Of a stretch of DNA of 64,000 bases, positions 63,801 to 64,000 are shown one piece after another; the first letter of the stretch is position 1, and each line of letters begins with the position of its first letter. The notes beneath the pieces are model-generated. The model worked only from the letters and a program-made list of their open reading frames with translations. It did not search any database and was not told where the DNA came from. Origin of the DNA: Chiloscyllium plagiosum (taxonomy: Eukaryota); NCBI RefSeq assembly GCF_004010195.1, contig NC_057751.1:4898649-4962648 (forward strand). Direction: 5' to 3'. Position numbers and translations under genes: made by a program.

Positions 63801-64000
63801 CTTTCTGAGTGTATGACATCCAGTTTTTCCCCTTCACCTGCTTGTTGACACCTCCAACAGCTGGAATACATTGCTCAGGCGTTTCTTTCTCCTCCATGAG
63901 ACCACGCTGACTCTGCCTGAGCCTCCTCCCTATCTGGGAATGTGGCACACTTTCATGTTCTCTGATGGACTCAGAGATTTTCCCCAGGAACAGACCTGGG

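Overview
Eukaryotic, repeat-rich vertebrate DNA. The repeat types (HE1-like tRNA SINEs, CR1/HER1-like LINEs, Penelope-like elements) point to a shark or other elasmobranch. The window has several N-gaps. Two protein-coding genes converge tail-to-tail. (1) A + strand lysyl-oxidase-like gene closest to LOXL2: 10 coding exons from 1968 to 50914, all GT-AG and phase-compatible, encoding a signal peptide, four SRCR domains and most of the catalytic domain. Its last exons are not visible and probably lie in the 500-N gap at 51019-51518. (2) The last four coding exons of RASSF2 on the - strand (61949 down to the stop at 56538). The most notable accessory element is a deleted endogenous retrovirus at 18126-20483, antisense inside a LOXL2 intron. 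It has TG..CA ends, a 5-bp target-site duplication (TSD), two LTR copies and a decayed HERV-I/IP10-like env. Also notable are short TSD-flanked fold-back Penelope-type insertions carrying minimal hammerhead-ribozyme-like motifs, solo-LTR-like elements, a MITE-like palindrome and two large tandem arrays. No prokaryotic-type or CRISPR system is supported. All homology calls come from motif recognition by eye, not from database searches.
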